Shown here: piece after piece, positions 59,620 through 64,000 of the stretch
How positions within the stretch are numbered: position 1 is the first letter of the stretch
How the letters are laid out: each line of letters starts with the position of its first letter
Origin: Octopus vulgaris
Lineage: Eukaryota
DNA length: 64,000 nucleotides
Assembly: GCA_951406725.2 (NCBI GenBank)
Contig: OX597824.1
Coordinates: 27,156,001 to 27,220,000, forward strand
Reading direction: 5' to 3'
Translations under genes and position numbers: made by a program
The notes under the pieces: generated by a model
What the model was told of the DNA's origin: nothing
The model's database searches: none
What the model saw: the letters and a program-made list of their open reading frames with translations, nothing else

Positions 59620-60187
59620 TTGGGTTTTCCGGTAAGTTCGTGCCGATTTATAATAGCTTACTTTTCTACTTATTTTATAACGTGTTTGCGATCATAAAAT
59701 AGGATTTGACTACACCTCCATTTAGAGCACAGTTTAAGCTATATTTTCGTGGAAGAAGATTTATGTTCCTATAACCTGTGTTAATTCTGTAACTCTTTAA
59801 AACGGAAGATAAGAAAGTTCATTTTCGGCACTAGATGCTTTGGAAACCAGAAAAAAATATTGCTGCAGCGCGGCCGGGATGTGTTACCCCACCCTCCATA
59901 TTTCCCAGATATTGCTCCTTCGGAATTCCACTTATTCAGGTCTCTGTAGAACAGTCTTAATGGTAAAAATTTCAATTCCTTGGATGACGTAAAAAGATAC
60001 CTTGATGAATTCTTTGCCATGAAACCACCTCAATTCTGGGAAGAGGCTATTTTCAAGTTAAAGGAAAGATGGAGACGCATTGTGCAATAAAATGGTTAAT
60101 ATTTGGTTGATTAAAAATGTAATGGCAAGTATTTATTGACCATTTTCTTTCCTTTAAAAATCGGCATGGACTTTCCAGACAACGCAA
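59620..60187 (+). mobile_element. Internally deleted mariner element with both TIRs and TA flanks
   Basis: TA|ttgggttttccggtaagttcgtgccgattt ... aaatcggcatggactttccagacaacgcaa|TA. Remnant transposase VLPHPPYFPDIAPSEFHLFRSL*NSLNGKNF...KLKERWRRIV. Confidence 0.9.
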
Positions 60188-61972
60188 TATTTCAAGAGAC
60201 CTTTAACGAAATATTTGATCCTCAATATTCGGTCTTCTTTCTTTTCAATATGTAGTTACTAATTAGGCAGTGAGCTGGAAGAATCGTTAGCACGCCGGGC
60301 ATAATGTTGTACGGTATATCGTCCGTCTTCAGTTCTGAGTTCAAATTCCCCCGAGGTTGACTTTGCCTTTCATCCTTTCGTCGTCGATAAGTTAAGTACC
60401 AGTTGAGTACTGGGGTGGATGCAATCGACTCACGCCTTCCTCGAAACTGCCGGCCTTGTGCCACAATTTGTAAATCAATGTATCATTACTGATCATAAGG
60501 TGACGAGCTGGCAGAATCGTTAGCACGCTGAACATAATGCTTAGCGGTATGTCGTCCATCTTTACGTTCTAACTTCAAATTCCGCCTTACATCCTTTCGG
60601 TGTCAATAAAATAAGTACCATTTGAATACTGCGGTCAATGTAATCGACTCAGCCCCTCCCAGCAAACTTCAGTCCTTGTGCCTTCAGTAGAAAGGATTAC
60701 TGATCATAAATAACCTCATAGTAAAACGTATATCCTGCTGTTACTTGAAGTATCTCTGTAAGACTTGGAATAGCTTGTGAATATAAAACAATAGCAATTA
60801 TAACAAGAGCATTCAGACAGCACAAACCTCCGCCAAGGCAAAATCAACGTCCTCTCAACGATTAGCCAGAGATGATTTTTAAAAACGAGAACATCTGAAA
60901 TAAACTCAACTGTTCTCACAAACGAGAATACTAAAAAAGAACCCGACCACTCTCAAAAATTAAGTTAAAAAAAAAACTGAACAATAATCCAAAATCCTTG
61001 TCTGCTATCTGATCGATCCCAATGGTAGTCATGGAATGTGAAGGTGGGTGTGCAGGTTGCGTTTATAATGCTGTGTATGTGTCGTCTACAATGGGAACAG
61101 GGACAGTTTTCTCTATGAAGGCCTTTTTTATGATATAGTGTCTTTACGACCATGAAGGTCTACAGTGAAAAATTTATCCGTGCGTAAAAGGAAACGGAAA
61201 GGACCTGCATACGGTGCTGTTAACTGGGTTTTAACATCGTTGCGCACAAAAACGTGAGTCCAAGGAGTAAAGTTTCCTTCAAGGTAAAGCTAGATGTGCA
61301 ATTGTCAAGTAGATAAGAGAAGAGGTTTTAAATAGGAGCGATATATTCAAAATTGGTAAAGCAAAAATTGTCGAGGATAAATTAAATTTATTATTGCTAC
61401 TGAATATGTTAGTGTTATTTAATTTCTGAACGTTGCTGTTGTTTCTTTATCCATCAGTTCCTACTAAGATAGAGATACGTGTAAAATTAATAATAAGGAA
61501 ACAAAAATAAAACTTTGGAAACAGCAACGCCGTCATAACTTACGTGGAAACCATGAGCGTGCTTTCAAGGGAGATAATCAGGGAAAGACTTGAAAGTCAA
61601 CGTAAGATCGTAATACTTCATGTCAAGTAAATATATCAAATAATGAAGAATCCTTGTCCGGTACCGGATCGATCCCAAAATGTAACCAGTTCGTGCCAGT
61701 CACGAGGCCAAATATCCCTGAAAGTTTAATCCGAATCCAGGGACGTTGTCGGCCTAAATGTATTCACAAACTCGGAACGAGTGTGAGATAGACCGCTCTT
61801 CTTCCGATTGGAGGCGGCCGTATTGCAATAAAGCGGTGATGAATACTCAGTACGAACTGGTCCAATTTTGGTTAAGCAAAACTGGTTAACGGAATGAATG
61901 AAGCTTTTTTTCCCCACTTAAATCATAATGTAACTGTTCGTTTGAACTGTATCATCCAAACTTTTGCTCAAG

Positions 61973-62021
<49 letters not shown>

Positions 62022-62454
62022 TTGTATATATATGTATATACATACATGTACACCAACATAAAAATATAATCATACTCACACACACGCAGACACACACACA
62101 CACAGACACGCAGACACACACACACATATGTACTTATACCTATATATATGGATGCGTATATTTACTTTTACGTATGCATACATTCGCCAGTACACATCCA
62201 AACACACACACACGCACACATACATACAACCAACTATCCACACACACACACACACACACTGCTCCGGCGTGTGTGTTTTGTGTGACAAAGAAAGCAATAG
62301 AAATAACACCATTAACTGTAATATTCCCATTTGTTAGTAATGGACTCTTATCGAAGGAATGGTTGAGACTTATTGAGGGAAAAATGCTGTAACTTTATCT
62401 AAAGGAATATGAATAACATATCTCTAACCACGGCCCACCCCCATTCTCACCAAA

Positions 62455-63309
62455 ATCACCCCACCACCACCACCGTCTCCATTACCATTAGCACCAACAT
62501 CCTTGCAGCCATCACCACCACCACCACCACCATTTCCACTACCGTCACCACAAAAATACCACCACTACCACCACCACCACCACCACTAGCTCTCCATTCA
62601 CCACCATCGTAGTTGTTGTCATCACCATCATCATCATCATCATCATCGTCGTCGTCTTCGTTGTCGTCGTCGTCGTCATCGTCGTCGTCATCATCATCAT
62701 CATCAGTGTCATCGTCGTCATTGTCATGATCACCATCGCCATCATATTCTCCCTAATGCTTCTCCATCTCCTTCTCTTCCTCATCGTCGTCATCAGTACC
62801 ACCATTATCATCAGCAACGCTTGTTCCTCTACCACCACCACCACCACCACCACGATCATCATTCTCCTCTTTTCCATTCTCTTACTCCCTCTCCATTCTC
62901 CTCTTCGTCTCCATTCTCATCTCCATCTCCTCCCCCTCCTCCTCCTCCTCCTCCACCTCATCGTCTCCATTCTCCTCCTCGCCCTCTCCTTTCTCCTCCC
63001 CTTTTTTCCATTCTCCTTCTCCCTTTTTCCATTCTCCTCCTTCCTTCTCCTCCTCCCTTCTGCTCCCTCCTCCCTTCTGCTCCCTTCTCCTTTCTCCCTT
63101 CTCCTCCTCCCTTCTCTTCCTCAATTCTCCTCCCTTTTCCATTCTCCCTTCTCCTTTCTCTCCTCTCTTCTTCCCGACTCCTCCTCCTCCCTCCTCCTTC
63201 TCCTCCCTCCTCCTCCTTCTCCACATCCTCCATTCTCTTCCTCCTTTTCTCCATTATCTCTCTCCCCTTCTACATTCTCTTTCTCCCTTTCTCCATTCTC
63301 CTCCTCCTT

Positions 63310-63372
<63 letters not shown>

Positions 63373-63400
63373 GTCATCATCATCATCATCATCGTCATCA
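62455..63400. repeat. Low-complexity CAC/CAT and CT-rich polypyrimidine region
   Basis: Directly visible; source of the spurious poly-S/L/P/E ORFs. Confidence 0.9.
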
Positions 63401-63506
63401 TTAGCAACCCAGCCGTCTCCAGCATAGACGTCGTCGTTATGAACACAATGAAAGGTAATGCAGAACCATTACCAACGGCGATAAATAGCGACAAATAAAT
63501 ACGCCA

Positions 63507-63573
<67 letters not shown>

Positions 63574-63734
63574 GAAACAAGACAGAAATCTATTACAGTA
63601 GCCAAGACCAAAAGGAAACCGAACAGCAATGAAGAATATTGGCCGATAAGGAAGACAATCATCAAAGTTGCTGTTTAAAGCAAGCGCAGTTACGTCAGTT
63701 TTTCTGTTAAAGTTGTTGTTGTTCTTGTTGCTGT

Positions 63735-63766
<32 letters not shown>

Positions 63767-63846
63767 GTGATGATGGTGATGATGGTGATGATGGTGATGA
63801 TGATGATGAAGATGATGATGATGATTATGATGGTTGTAGTGGTGAT

Positions 63847-63888
<42 letters not shown>

Positions 63889-64000
63889 GGATGATATTGT
63901 CCGCTATATTGAGAATTTGTGGCGGTACATGGCCGAGTGGTTAGAGTAGCGGACTCACGATCGAGGGATCACAGGTTCGAATCTCAAACCGGGCGGTGTG

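Overview
Repeat-dense eukaryotic genomic DNA, most consistent with an octopus (coleoid cephalopod): very abundant (TA)n/(CA)n/(TATC)n/(AAT)n/(ATC)n microsatellites, three high-copy tRNA-type SINE families, and decayed mariner/maT, RTE, Tx1/L1, HERO-like and Dong/R4 fragments. The species assignment is an inference from repeat style. Almost all ORFs in the supplied track are microsatellite artefacts. The one host gene I can support is a + strand LIM-domain-only gene (LMO1/LMO3/Beadex class) with three coding exons (49482-49702, 51350-51475, 52984-53173; 178 aa from the first ATG of that exon). Two phase-compatible candidate upstream exons lie at about 19.0 kb and 35.6 kb, and the putative long 3' UTR has two miR-9 seed matches. 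The most unusual signal is a set of short, non-coding elements, mostly next to (TA)n tracts and often fold-back, each carrying a minimal type I hammerhead-ribozyme core (CUGANGA...GAAA, short or palindromic helix III, GUH triplet) like those of Penelope-like retroelements. They occur at about 9.6, 21.5, 32.6, 36.9, 42.3, 50.9 and 57.5 kb and belong to several unrelated sequence families. One lies inside an LMO intron next to two further palindromes. All structures were paired by eye; no folding program or database search was run.
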